DNA of 64,000 bases from Octopus vulgaris (GCA_951406725.2 OX597835.1:13950001-14014000); one strand, 5' to 3'. Positions 29,649 to 43,546 are shown, counted from the first letter of the stretch. Numbers and translations: made by a program. The notes: generated by a model not told the origin, from the sequence alone.

Positions 29649-29720
29649 GGTCCCGGGTTGAGTCGGGGTTAACCACAGTAAGTAAGGTACTCAATACATA
29701 GCAGAGTAAATTAATTTGTT

Positions 29721-29832
29721 TTATAGAAGGAGCTTCTACAGGACTAGAACTGTTTCATTCAAATGAAATCTTCAGGAAGCTTCCTGAAGATTTCATTTGA
29801 ATGAAACAGTTCTAGTCCTGTAGAAGCTCCTT

Positions 29833-29838
<6 letters not shown>
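29721..29838. ncRNA. Perfect 118-bp palindrome with a hammerhead on each strand
   Basis: Arms 29721-29779 and 29780-29838; each strand reads AGCTTC-CTGAAGA-tTTCatttGAAt-GAAACAG ttctagtc CTGTA-GAAGCT. Confidence 0.75.
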
Positions 29839-29892
<54 letters not shown>

Positions 29893-29899
29893 AAAGAGA

Positions 29900-30630
29900 G
29901 AGAGGGAAATCGAAACTGGAAACAAACGAACAAAATGTTATTTAAATCATTTATATCACCGACATATGTTTCGATGGATACATTAAAATTAATCCGGGCG
30001 CAAAAATAAGGCGGAATAATGTATCAATCTTATCAGGGAGGCGATTATAAATAACAGTGTTCATTAATAAGCCATGTTTACAGATGTAAGAAATTATAGA
30101 GTATATAATATAGGAAAAAAACAAAAAGTGGATAGCGAACGCTAGTAATTTTTAAAATATCGTTAAGAAATTTCACGTCATATGTCGAGAGAGGAAGAGC
30201 AGGAAGAAAGAAAGAAAATTAAAGAAGTAATGGAGGACTAAACAAATAGAAAGGTGAATGACAAATGGATAGAAACGATAAAGGAAATAATAGGATGTGG
30301 GGATTGAAAAGAATAAAGTGAAAATTACAGGTATTATTAGGCAGAGGAGAGCAGATATTATTTGAAATCGCTGAAAGTGTGTTTTTTCCAATGTATACAC
30401 CTGTAAACACGTTCTTTATAAGTGTTGACGAGTGTGTGTTTGGAAAAAAAGGATAAACAGTCGTTCATCCATAGAAAGCGGGTAAATTTTTTTGCCCTCA
30501 TCATAAGGAACGACCTTGACAACATTTTCCAGTCTATAGTTAATTGTTTATTACAGTCTTTAGATATCAAATTAGTTTACTAATATATTTAAACGTGGAA
30601 AGATGATTAGCTATGCGTTTTTTTAAAAAT
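29900..30630 (-). mobile_element. Penelope-like element 3' relic (GIY-YIG C-terminus plus pLTR with hammerhead)
   Basis: IDWKMLSRS...LVNTYKERVYRCIHWKKH resembles the PLE endonuclease C-terminus; a hammerhead lies downstream on the same strand. Confidence 0.6.
29957..30040 (-). ncRNA. Type-I hammerhead (variant core) in PLE pLTR
   Basis: CTCC-CTGATAA-GATtGATACATTA...TAATGTATCcATC-GAAAC-ATAT-GTC-GGTG. Confidence 0.65.
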
Positions 30631-30916
30631 TATTATTTCAGTGGAGGAAAAGCCAGCATAGAAAAATTCTTTAGTTTCTGAAGTAAGCTTGCATTCGTAA
30701 CGGTAAAAGTGATTCGCTTAATAATTATAATAACAATAATATAAATAATAATCACTCCTTAAATAATAATATTAGTAGTAATATTACTTGTAATTGTAAT
30801 ACAAATCAAACATGCGTTATCAATGGAAATTGCAAAATTAAAAATGTTGTCAACGACTGTAAGGTTACTTCAGAACCTAAAGAATTTTTCTATATTGGCC
30901 TTTACTCTACTGAAAT

Positions 30917-31006
<90 letters not shown>

Positions 31007-31329
31007 AATCATCTTTCAACGTTTAAATATTCGACGGAATTTGAACTCAGAATGTAAAGACAGACGAAATACGGCCTTTTGAAGAGGTGTAGGGAAACTT
31101 TATTTCTTGTTTACGCTATAAACGTTTTTCTTTTTAAGTTTTCGTTTTTCTTTTTTCTGTTTTTTTTTTTTTAAAGTAACATAAGCCTGAAATATTTACA
31201 ATGACGGCATCTGATGTCTCCAAAGTTGCCGGTATTCGGGAAATCTACGGCAATGAATATTTATAAGGAATCAACGAGGTCGTTACGCAATACAACGCGA
31301 CTTCGGGTAAAGTTAAGGATATTCTAGAC

Positions 31330-31549
31330 CAGTGCTTTTCAAACTTTTTTGCTGGAGCGGAACCCCAAGGAAACATTCCACTGGCTCGAGGAACCCCTGT
31401 GCAATAATTTAATAGTCTTATGCACACATATCTGCACAGGAGACTTAAAAATAACTGCCGATTTTAGCAGTTTTGTAACTTCTTGCGGAACACCTGCACT
31501 GTACTGGCGGAACCCTAAGGTTCTGCGGAACCCTGGTTGAAAACCACTG
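31330..31549. mobile_element. hAT-type MITE, copy 1
   Basis: TIRs cagtgcttttcaa / ttgaaaaccactg; 8-bp TSD ttctagac. Confidence 0.85.
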
Positions 31550-31640
31550 TTCTAGACATTAGCAAAGCATTTAATCTAAATCTGCCAGGAAAATCTTAAA
31601 TGTGTTCATTTAAAATGGAAAAGTTAAGGATATTCTAGAC

Positions 31641-31859
31641 CAGTGCTTTTCAAACTTTTTGCTGGAGCGGAACCCCAAGGAAACATTCCACTGGCTCGAG
31701 GAACCCCTGTGCAATAATTTAATAGTCTTATGCACACATATCTGCACAGGAGACTTAAAAATGACTGCCGATTTTAGCAGTTTTGTAACTTTTTGCGGAA
31801 CCCCTGCACTGTACTGGCGGAACCCTAAGGTTCTGCGGAACCCTGGTTGAAAACCACTG
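31641..31859. mobile_element. hAT-type MITE, copy 2 (local tandem duplication)
   Basis: Near-identical to copy 1, with the same TSD and flanks. Confidence 0.85.
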
Positions 31860-32811
31860 TTCTAGACATTAGCAAAGCATTTAATCTAAATCTGCCAGGA
31901 AAATCTTAAATGTGTTCATTTAAAATGGAAAATTTTATCATCTACCGTACGTTATCTTAGGCAAGATTAATTATTTCCTGGGCGTTGTTTTCAGGCTTTG
32001 AAATAATATCTGTTGTGTTTTACGAGTTATGGACGATCGAGCTAAGAAATTATCATTTTCTATCTCTCTACGTGTTATAAATACTACAGCGATGTCGACA
32101 CAAAACATCAATAATCATTTCTACTCCTCCGTTAATGGCCAGAGTCATATTTAGTAAACTCAATGGTTTCTTTTCGACTGAATGGTTTCAACACATAACA
32201 TGAAACCTATTTCCATTTTACTAAGTACTCACAGATTCTCATCTTCAATAAGATAATTGCTCTAGCGATCATTATCACAATCCTTGTTCTATCGATTGTC
32301 AGACTTATTTTTTTTCTCTTCAACGCAGCAGACACGTGTAGCAGTCACATCATTACACCTGATGTCGCGATTCGCTAGAACATTACCCACGTGACCAACA
32401 AAATCTGATCAATCACGACTTCGCTCTAGCAACGATTTCATCTTTTGGCACGTTTCGTTTCCTTCTGAGCCTAAACATCAGTATGAATTCGGTCTAAACA
32501 TCAGTATGAATTGGGCTCTCTTGACAGAGAGCTTTGGAGTGCAAGCAGACACGAGACGGCAGACTGGCGCCAAACAGATACAGACAGCTTCTGACGACAA
32601 TAATGAACGACTATCGGCGGAAACACGATGACCAACAGTTAACTTCTTGACTGCTATTAAAATTACACCAAGAACAATGAACTCCAAACTTTTTACGATG
32701 ATTTCATGTCGTTCGTCGTAACGATAGTATTTGTCTTTTTGTGGACGAAAAGAATAAAAGTTTTGTTTATCAAAAATCACAACCTTTTCCAGTGTTCTTT
32801 GTCGCACTCAT

Positions 32812-33004
32812 GAATTCCCTGGACTTCCTCTTACCCCTGATATGTACTTAGAAATGAACAATTAACCATCTTTTAAAGTACTTCTATACAGTCCCACTTT
32901 AGGATAGGAATTCCCTGGACTTCCTCTTACCCCTGATATGTACTTAGAAATGAACAATTAACCATCTTTTAAAGTACTTCTATACAGTCCCACTTTAGGA
33001 TAGG
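32812..33004. repeat. 96-bp perfect tandem duplication
   Basis: gaattccctggacttcc...actttaggatagg at 32812 and 32908. Confidence 0.9.
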
Positions 33005-33148
33005 ATTGTTCCATCCGATTTTTATTTGAATTATTAACATCGGCTTAGACATGGTTGCGTAGCATTTTGAACAAGTGTCCCGAAGTAACAAAAATTTTGT
33101 GAGTAGATTTGGTAGTAGAAAGAAGCCCGTTGCCTGTGTGTGTCTACG

Positions 33149-33220
33149 TGTGTAGTGGCGCAGTAGATGCGTGCTGGGCCCATAACCCAGAGGTCTGTAG
33201 ATCAAAGCTACGCTCTGCTA
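33149..33220 (+). pseudogene. Initiator tRNA-Met(CAT) pseudogene
   Basis: agtggcgcagtagatgcgtgctgggcccataacccagaggtctgtagatcaaagctacgctctgcta matches eukaryotic tRNAiMet. The 5' AGCAG is replaced by tgtgt and the D/T loops are mutated; a T-run follows at about 33231. Confidence 0.85.
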
Positions 33221-33918
33221 AGTGGAATTCTTTTTATAGGCGCAGGAGTGGCTGTGTGGTAAGTAGCTTGCTTACCAACCACATGGTCCCGGGTTCAGTC
33301 CCACTGCGTAGCATTTTGAACAAGTGTCCCGAAGTAACCAAAATCTTGTGAGTAGATTTGGTAGTAGAAAGAAGCCCGTTGCATGTGTGTGTGTCTACGT
33401 TTTTCTCTCATCATTGTTTGACAACCGGTGTTGGTTTGTTTAAGTATTCGTAACTTAGCGGTTTGGCAAAATAAACCGACAGAATAAATACCAGGTTCTA
33501 AAGAACAAAAAAGTAAGTACTGGGGTCCATTTCTTCGACTAAACCCTTTAAGGCAGTGCCCCAGCATGGCTGTAGTCCAATGACTGCGTGGCACCTTGGA
33601 CAAGTGTCTTCTACTATAGCCTCGGGCTGACCAAAGCTTTGTGAGTGGATTTGGTAGACGGAAACTGAAAGAAGCCCGTCGTATATATATATGAGTGTGT
33701 GTATGTGTGTGTATGTTTGTGTGTCTGTGTTTGTCCTCCACCATCGCTTGACAACCGATATTGGTGTGTTTACGTTCCTGTAGCTTATCGGTTCGGCAAG
33801 AGACCGCTAGAATAAGTACTAGGCTTACAAAGAATAAGTCCTGGGGTCGATTTTTTCGACTAAGGGTGGTGCTCCAGCATGGCTACAGTCAAATGACTGA
33901 ACAGAATATATATATATA

Positions 33919-35216
33919 CGAGGGGCATTCAATAAGTAATGCCCCTGACCCACTTCCCATAGCAGTAGAGCAACGAAACTTGGCACAGTTATTAGTCTTT
34001 TTCTACATAGGAACCACCCAAAGTTACGCATTTCTCCCATCGTTTGATGCAGCTCTGGAGACCGTTTTTGTAGAAGACCCCAGCTTGGTCCTCCAACCAC
34101 GATGTGACTTCAGAAATCAAGGCTGCATCATCTGGGAAACGCTTTCCTTTCAGAAACATCTTCATGGCTGGGAAGAGGTGAAAACCAGAAGGTGCAAGGT
34201 CAGGAGAATAGGGGGGATGGGGGAGGAGTTCATAGCCGCACGCCTGTGCTTCTGATCTGGTGACACGCGAGTTGTGAACCGGAGCGTTGTCCTGCAGGAA
34301 GAGGATGCCTTTGCTGATCTTGCCCCACCTCTTGATTTTGATAGCTTCTCTTAATTTCCTCAAAAGTGAAACATAATAGGCTCCTGTAATCGTGGTACCC
34401 TTTGCCAGGAAATCTGTCATCACTACTCCGTCCTGGTCCCAGAAGAATGTGGGCGTGACCTTGCCAGCGGAGAGCTGCACCTTTGCCTTCTTTGGAGGAG
34501 GTGAGTCACGGTGCTTCCACTGCATTGACTGGGCTTTGGTCTCTGGATCATAGTGATGGACCCAGGTTTCATCCTGTGTAATCAGTCTTTTGAAAAACTT
34601 TGACTCATCTTCTTGGCACATCTCCAAATTCATCCTCGAGCCCTCGACGCATTCTTTCTTCTGGAAAGGTGTGAGCAACCTGGGAATCCATCTGGAAGAC
34701 ACCTTTTGCATATGCAAATGGCCATGAATGATAGTTTCCACAGACCCGGTACTAATCTTGACCTCATGGGCTATTTGGCGAATAGTTATGCGTCGATCTT
34801 CCAAAATGGCAGCCTCAACTTGACGGACAGATGCCTCATCATGGCAGAAGGGGGCGACCAGATCTGGGAGCTGTTTCCACAGAGTTCCGATCATGTTTGA
34901 ATTCACAATGCCAGCGTTTTACAAGGTCATATGATGGGGCATCATCACCATAAGTTACTTTCATTTGTGTGCGTCCTGTGGTGTGCGTCCTTTCAAATAC
35001 GAAAACCGGATCACTGCTCGACACTCAATAGGCTCCATTTCACACTTGACTCAGTTCAAACACCTGTAAATCAGAAACCACAATTAGTCCTGAACTGTAA
35101 TTTTCCACTTAATCTATAGAGATATAAATAATTGCACATGCAAAATTTCAAACAACTGCAAGTGGGTCAACAACAACTGCAAGTGGGTCAGAGGCATTAC
35201 TTATTGAACGTCCCTC

Positions 35217-35217
<1 letters not shown>
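33919..35217 (-). mobile_element. Mariner DNA transposon, ~1.3 kb, near full length
   Basis: TIRs cgaggggcattcaataagtaatgcccctgacccactt and aagtgggtcagaggcattacttattgaacgtccctcg, flanked by TA; contains the transposase ORF. Confidence 0.95.
33992..35038 (-). pseudogene. Mariner transposase (DD34D type), frameshifted
   Basis: ATG at 35038 (MEPIECRAVIRF), two N-terminal frameshifts, then an open ORF with WIPRLL, TQDETWVHHYDP, LQDNAPVH and YSPDLAPSG (third catalytic D changed to G). Confidence 0.9.
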
Positions 35218-35255
<38 letters not shown>

Positions 35256-35439
35256 TTTATAAAAATATGGTAAAGTAAAAGAATTCACTTTACCACACAC
35301 CGAACTTTTCAGAAATAGCAGCCAAAAATTTGGCTATTTCTTCAACTGCAAATAAAAGTCTCCAGACAATGCATACTCAGAAAAATAACTCACATAGGTA
35401 TAAGGGAAAAACAATGAAAGATCACATCCATATACGATA

Positions 35440-35501
35440 CCCGAGGACAGTCTGTTTCTGGATTTGTGGGTAAAACGCCACTTTTCCTTCATCAGCTCAG
35501 A
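35440..35501 (-). ncRNA. Type-I hammerhead ribozyme, copy 1
   Basis: TCTGAG-CTGATGA-AGGAaaaGTGGcgttttacCCACaaaTCCA-GAAAC-AGACT-GTC-CTCGGG; canonical core. Confidence 0.85.
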
Positions 35502-36001
35502 GATTTCTTCCGATTTAGATTTGAAAATACTAAGAATCAAACATACCCGTCCGATATCTGTAACATCGGACAAACCATGCCAGACACCCAGTACTAGCGA
35601 ATCCAAAAATACGAATGAGATCTATTATTCTCTCTGTCCACCCACGTGAGTCATAGAGCATTACATTTCTACAGAGGTAAAAACTGCAGTTCAAATTCTT
35701 GGAGAGAAAGCATTATATTGTTATCAAAGAAGGGGGTCGAATTAATTAATTGTTAATAAATTCGACCAAGCAGTATTCGGTATGTAAAGACCATTTACGG
35801 TATATTTGAAGTATTAATTTATAAAAATATGGTAAAGTAAAAGAATTCACTTTACCACACACCGAACTTTTCAGAAATGGCAGCCAAAAATTTGGCTATT
35901 TCTTCAACTGCAAATAAAAGTCTCCAGACAATGCATACTCAGAAAAATAACTCACATAGGTATAAGGGAAAAACAATGAAAGATCACATCCATATACGAT
36001 A

Positions 36002-36063
36002 CCCGAGGACAGTCTGTTTCTGGATTTGTGGGTAAAACGCCACTTTTCCTTCATCAGCTCAGA
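36002..36063 (-). ncRNA. Type-I hammerhead ribozyme, copy 2
   Basis: Identical to 35440-35501, offset 562 nt. Confidence 0.85.
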
Positions 36064-36078
36064 GATTTCTTCCGATTT

Positions 36079-36758
<680 letters not shown>

Positions 36759-36850
36759 TATATATATACTTTTCAGTATGTGATCTCGTGAGTACCACCG
36801 GCGATTTTTTTTCCTCTGTCTTCCCTTCTCGGGATCTTTCCTTCTCCTAT

Positions 36851-36885
36851 GTTTCCGACGAAGAGCTCCGCTCGAAATGTTAAAC
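36851..36885 (+). ncRNA. Minimal hammerhead variant
   Basis: GTTT-CCGACGA-AGAGC tcc GCTC-GAAAT-GTT-AAAC. Confidence 0.55.
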
Positions 36886-37111
36886 CCTCCTTCTTCCCTT
36901 CTTTCCTGAGCGTCCAATAATACTATATTTGTTCCACGTCCTTGCGTTGTTGTGTTTTTTTTTGTTTTCTTGTTTGGATTAACTTTATATATATATATGG
37001 ATCAAAGAAAAATGTTTAAGGTTTAACATGGACTCGATCAAAAGGGTGGACAGGATTAGGAAGCGGGTGGGGGGTCATGAGTAATCTGTAGAAAAATAAA
37101 AAGCCGCCGCC

Positions 37112-37143
<32 letters not shown>

Positions 37144-37958
37144 GATCATTATCACCCGAGCGTGGAACTACTTCTAACAAAGTTTACTTGGTTTATTTGG
37201 TCCTCGTGTTTGTGTCCACACCTGGCATCAAACCGCTTTCTTTATGAACTAGTAATAAGGAAATAAAAATATGTTGTTTTTTTTTTTCTGTGAACACAAA
37301 CGAGTCACGAAGTGAGAAGCAGTAAAGACGAAAGGGTTTGTACAAGAGCAGAAGATAATAACAGACTGCCGGGTTGGACTGCGGTGGTGGCAATCCTCTA
37401 ATACTTAATGCGTACGAAAGACGGGCAACACAAAACAGTATATCTGATAACCTGAACTTGCCGAATGTGCCCCAAGTTCAATGGATTCAGGTGTACAACA
37501 TTAGTTTAACACCTGTTGTCAATAAGTGTTGATTGGAAAGTAGTTTATTAGCAGAACCAACGAGAAAATAACAGGTTAATTAAACCGAGAGAAAATTCTT
37601 GCTAAGATGACTATGAGTGCCATTTTAACGATGACTCTTAACCTAAAATGATGCCCTGTCACAAAAGATAAAGACCGGCTAATTACACCTGATCACTACC
37701 AGAAATTGTTTGTCTAAATGACTCGACCATCAAGCCCAGGTAATTCCGTTCAGCATTAAGTTTGTGACACAGTTGATATTAGCTAAACCGGTGTGGATTA
37801 GCTGGAAAATACGAAAAGATAGTGTGTGAGAGAGACAGTGGGGAGGTTGTAAACACACACACATGCACACACACACACATAGGTGCACACACACATAGGC
37901 ACATGCATACAAACAAAAAGACATAAACACGGTTAGACAGACAGACAGACAGACAGAA

Positions 37959-38044
<86 letters not shown>

Positions 38045-38134
38045 GGGTAGGTTGGTGGGTAGGTAGGTAGGTAGACAGGCAGGCAGGCAGACAGATTGAT
38101 AGGTAGGTAGGTAGGTAGGTAGGTAGGTAGACAA

Positions 38135-38166
<32 letters not shown>

Positions 38167-38219
38167 TTAGGTAGATAGATAGATAGATAGATAGATAGGT
38201 AGGTAGATAGGTAGATAGG

Positions 38220-38372
<153 letters not shown>

Positions 38373-39434
38373 GCGTGTCTATGTACACACACACAACATA
38401 TTGAGAAGAGAAGGAAAGAAAAACAGACAGATAGATATACATACATATATGTCTATATGTTTGTGTGTATATAATATACATTTTTACACACACACACACA
38501 CAGCAAAAGAAAGAGAGAGAGAGAGAGAGAGAGGACAGAGAAGAAAGAAAGAAAGAAAGAAAGAAAGACAGAAAGACAGAAAGAAAGAAAGAGATGTAAA
38601 AGAAAAAAAAATTAACGGCAAATATAAACAACAAAAAAAAACAACAAATAAAGAAACAAAGTAAACAAAGGCGTATGATTTAAACAACGGACCCCGATCC
38701 AACGGAATTAGTGAGTCGGGGAGGGCATAAGTGGCGTGGTGTGTCGGTGAAATTGCTGCATAGTGACTAGAATTGTCTTAGTAATTAAAACTTTCGTTGA
38801 GTGCTGGTGCTTTAGCAATAATTGCCTTTTGTTTTTGTTTTTGTTCTTTTGGGTTGTTTTTTTTTTTTTTTTTTTTTTTAGTCTGCGTTGAGTACAGTTC
38901 CTTTCCGAAGGACAACAACGACGGTCGAAGGAAAGAAAAGGAGAGAGAGAGAGAGAAGGAAAGAGAAGGAGAGAGAGAAAGAGAGGAATGAGTTTTTTTC
39001 TTTCTTTTTTTTGTGTTTATTTTCCTCAGCGGGCCAACTAGTAAACCTAGCATTAATACAATGTCCGTAGTGACAGTACCAACACTGGTAGTTTTCAACT
39101 AGTTTTCGTAATTGCCTACTGTGACCCTTCGTCCACTCCAACGCCCGCCACCCATGCCACCCATGCCCTACCACCTCACTGCTGTTAGTACAATATTGGT
39201 ACCGTTTGGCGCTGTTGATGTTCTTCTCGGCCTTTTTATTTTTTCTTGATGATGGAGCTGAAGATGATGATGATGATGGTAGTGGTGGTGGTGGTGGTGA
39301 TGGTTATGGTGGTGGTTATGGTAATAGTGATGGTGATGGTGGTGGTAATGGTGGTGGTGTTGGTGTTGGTGTGGTATTGGGGGTGTTGGTGGCTATAGGG
39401 GTGGTGGTGCTGATGATTGTGACAATGATGATAT

Positions 39435-39497
<63 letters not shown>

Positions 39498-40019
39498 CGA
39501 CGATGATGATGATGATGATGATGACGATGACGATGATGATGGTAATGGTGGTGATGGTAATAGTGATGGTGGTGGTAGTGGTGTTGGTGTTGGTATGGTA
39601 TTGGGGGTGCTGGTGGCTATAGGGGTGGTGGTGGTGATGATTGTGACAATGGTGATGACGATGATGATGATGATGGTGCACTAACAACAAAAACGTGGGA
39701 ACAAAAATACAAAACAAAAAACAAAAAACAAAAGCAGAGTCATCGGTCACACAGATGATAGCTGTGACCGAGAACAACAGCGAAATCGGAGGATGGTACC
39801 TTTTGAATAAGTCCAACATTCAAATTCCAGACTCGAGGCCATTCTGTAATGTTTGTGTGACTCTGGTTATAAAAAGTTGCTTAATGATATGACCGAAACA
39901 TCTCCAAGGACACCAGATGTCTTTTTTGCATGAGGGTCGGAGTGGATGAACGGTTCCAAAGAACCTACATGCACACAAGAGTGACATACAGGTGTATGAA
40001 ATACCATACAATTTAAGTT

Positions 40020-40385
40020 CTTCATCATCATCATCATCATCATCATCATCGTTTAACGTCCGTTCTCCATGCTAGCATGGGTTGGACAGTTCGACCGGGG
40101 ATCTGGGCAGCCAGAAGGCTGCACCAGGCTCCAGTCTTATCTGGCAATGTTTCTACAGCTGGATGCCCTTCCTAACGCCAACCACTCCGTGAGAGTAGTG
40201 GGTGCTTTTTACGTGCCACCTGCACAGGTGCCAGGCGAGGCTGGCAACGGCCACGGTCGGATTGGTGTATTTTATGTGCCACCGGCACGGAAGCCAGTCG
40301 AGGCGGCGCTGGCATCGGCCACGAGTCGGATAGTGCTTTTTACGTACCACCAGACCAGGGATCCTGGCTGGTTCAATTCGATTTT
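40020..40385 (-). mobile_element. SINE with (GAT)n tail and internal ~63-bp repeats
   Basis: Shared with 55662-55802 and 56724-57027 (ggatgcccttcctaacgccaaccactcc). Confidence 0.7.
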
Positions 40386-40697
40386 GGTTTATTAAAATTA
40401 TCTCTGACCCTATAATTACCAAACTGCAATTGAGAACAATTCCGAGAGGAAAATGAAAAAAGGGAAGATAATGTTATGAATGAAAGATTCTTTAAAGTTG
40501 ACATGCCATAACAGAAGCGCCCAATACACTCTGTATAGCAGTTGGCATTAGAAAAGGTCTTCAACTGTTGAAAACCCTGCCAAATCAGACATTGGAGCCC
40601 CAACACAGCCCCTGAACTTGTTGGACTCTGGTGAACCACCATTCATCCTACACATGCCCGGGATAGAAAGCAAATGGTTTTAATGATGATGATGATA

Positions 40698-40729
<32 letters not shown>

Positions 40730-40850
40730 AATGATGATGATGATAATGATGATGATGATGATGATTAGAGATGGCTGAAATGTAAGGCTGAGCACAGCAG
40801 GATTTGAACTCAGGACACATGCCAGAATAGAAAGCGGATGGTTATTATTA

Positions 40851-40903
<53 letters not shown>

Positions 40904-41063
40904 GGTGCAGGAGCGGCTGTGTGATAAGTAGCTTGCTTACCAACCACATGGTTCCGGGTTCAGTCCCACTGCATGGCACCTTGGGCAAGTGTCTTCTACT
41001 CTAGCCTCAGGCTGATCAAAGCTTTGTGAGTGGATTTGGTTGACGGAAACTGAAAGAAACACG

Positions 41064-41101
<38 letters not shown>

Positions 41102-42010
41102 TGTGTCTGTTTGCCCCCCCCCCCCCCCAATATCGCTTGACAACCGATGCTGGCATGTGTACGTCCCTGTAACTTAGCAGTTCGGCAAAAGAGACCGATA
41201 GAATGAGTACTAGGCTTACAAAGAATAAGTCCTGGGGTCAATTTGCTCGACTAAAAGCAGTCCTCCAGCATAGCCACAGTCAAATGACTGGAACTAGGCT
41301 TTGGTCGGTCCAAGGCTATAGTAGAAGACACTTGCCCAAGGTGCCACGCAGAGGGACTGAACCCAGAACCATGTGGTTGGTAAACAAGCTACTAACCACA
41401 CAGCCACTCCTGCACCTATTGTTTACAATATATTGTTAGCATCAGTGGACTCAGGCTATCACTCTGGCATATAGATGCTAGTGACTGAGGACAGGCCAAA
41501 TAGCTCAAAACTGAGTCAGTCTCGCGAGCATTATACCTACCAGAGAGTGGTAGGGGTTTGCTCCCCCTGCTAGCAATATATATTGTATATAAAGAGTGCA
41601 GAGTCACACCGATAACCAGCTGGCGGAGAATCTGCCTGGGGTTAAACTAGAAGTAACATTCAACAGCCGCTTTGATGTGGTGGCTGGCTTTACTGTTTAG
41701 TATGGTTACTATTTTGGTCTCTTCGTGAGATTTTGCATCTGGCTATTTTTATATATATATGAGGGGATGCACAAAAGTTTCTGATTTGGGATGAGAGAAA
41801 ACACAGGAGGATCATGAGTTAATTATGATTTTATCCAACATGTTCCCCTCTCAGATTCACACACTTATTGCAGTGGTCCTTCAGTTTTTCTAAGCCCTGT
41901 AAAAGAACTCAGAAAGTTGGGCCTCTAACTGAGCCTTTCATGACACCCTTAAAGATAAGAACTTTACAGCACCCCTTGTATGTGTGTATATATACATATA
42001 TATATATATG

Positions 42011-42113
<103 letters not shown>

Positions 42114-42120
42114 ATAGATA

Positions 42121-42329
42121 CAGGGTGCAGCAGAAATACCTCACACATTTTAAACTTTCACCTTTGTGTTGCTAATGAACTTATGCAAGTGCCAATAATG
42201 CTTTCATTTAGCTAATGAACAAAAACTGTAACCTTTTGTTTAAACAAGAGTAAAATTAATTTTTCAGAAATGTTGTTTCTTTTTCCTTTTGTCAACCTTT
42301 CAAATGTGGGAGGTATTTTTGCTGCACAA

Positions 42330-42330
<1 letters not shown>
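42121..42330. mobile_element. Tc1/mariner-type MITE
   Basis: TA|cagggtgcagcagaaatacctcacacattt ... aaatgtgggaggtatttttgctgcac; another mariner-like MITE lies at about 41759-41979. Confidence 0.6.
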
Positions 42331-42364
<34 letters not shown>

Positions 42365-42525
42365 ACACACATTTTTTTCTCTCCTTGTTTTTTTCTGTGT
42401 ACCTTTCTGTAGAAGAGCACAGGCTCGAGATGTAAAAGAGTTTTTCTATTCCTGAGCGTTATACAAATACATCTGTTTGTTTTGTAGACCACCTGTCTTC
42501 ATGTTTTGTTTTTTTTGTAAACTTT

Positions 42526-42619
<94 letters not shown>

Positions 42620-42713
42620 AATAAAAAAAGAACAAACACACAAAAAAAACAACAACGTGAGGATGTGGTACATGTAAAGTATTAGCAGACGCTCAGGGAA
42701 GGAAAGAAAGGTG

Positions 42714-42748
42714 GTTTTACATTTCAAGCAAAGCTCTTCTTCAGGAAC
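42714..42748 (-). ncRNA. Minimal hammerhead, decayed
   Basis: GTTC-CTGAAGA-AGAGC ttt GCTT-GAAAT-GTA-AAAC; inverted relative to the hammerhead-bearing repeat at 42365-42530. Confidence 0.5.
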
Positions 42749-43546
42749 AGGAGACAGAGGAAAGTCCAAGAGAAAAGGAAAACGGAGGAAAAAAAATCGC
42801 CCACAATTCACTACAGTGTTACTTATCACATGACACATAACTCTAGTATGATAATATTTATCGTTAACATTTATGATTTCGTCTCTTATTGACATTGGAA
42901 TAACACTCTGAGTTCTTCTGCAGAAAAAGACTTTCATCTAAAGTTCCAGTGGCAAGAATGCAGGTGAAACATTTACCTAGGTAATAAAGGAATAACAATT
43001 AACAATCATCAATGGTTAAATGGATAATTATGTCTGGAACAGACTAATCAAAGAACACTATTCTTTTGGTGCAACAGACACGTAAGAAAATGGTAATTGG
43101 GAAGAATAGAACTTAAAAGAGACAAATTATTCGGCAGATATCTGCTCCTTTATTATTCCTCTGCATTATTTCAGTTAAATGTTGTCTTGGAGATAATGTC
43201 TGGCATGATTCCAAGATACTATTGTATTGTTGGCTTACCTCAATGTACACCAGACAGAAAGTTCTTAAACTTTTAGCAACTTTTCAAAAAGTTACGGTGA
43301 CCTTACATAGAAATAAAACACCAATTATTGAATGGAATTAAAAAACATGGTGCACACCGTTTTGCTTTATTTACTCAAAGGCACCGGCATGGCTGTATGG
43401 TTAAGAAGTTCTCTCTTGAATCAGATGGTTTCAGGTTCAATACCATTGCACGTCATTTTCAGCAAACGTCTTCTACTATACTCTCAGGTGGACCAAAACT
43501 TTGTGAATGGATTTGGTAGACGGAAATTGAGAGAAATCTGCTGCAT

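Noticed and set aside
32478-32807. 109-aa ORF faintly like a Tc3 transposase segment (KVVIFDKQNF...KYYRYD)
   Set aside because: Similarity too weak, with no TIRs or other motifs found.
38778-39819. His/Met/Gly-rich ORFs
   Set aside because: Trinucleotide repeats with frame changes and no recognisable domain or convincing splice structure.
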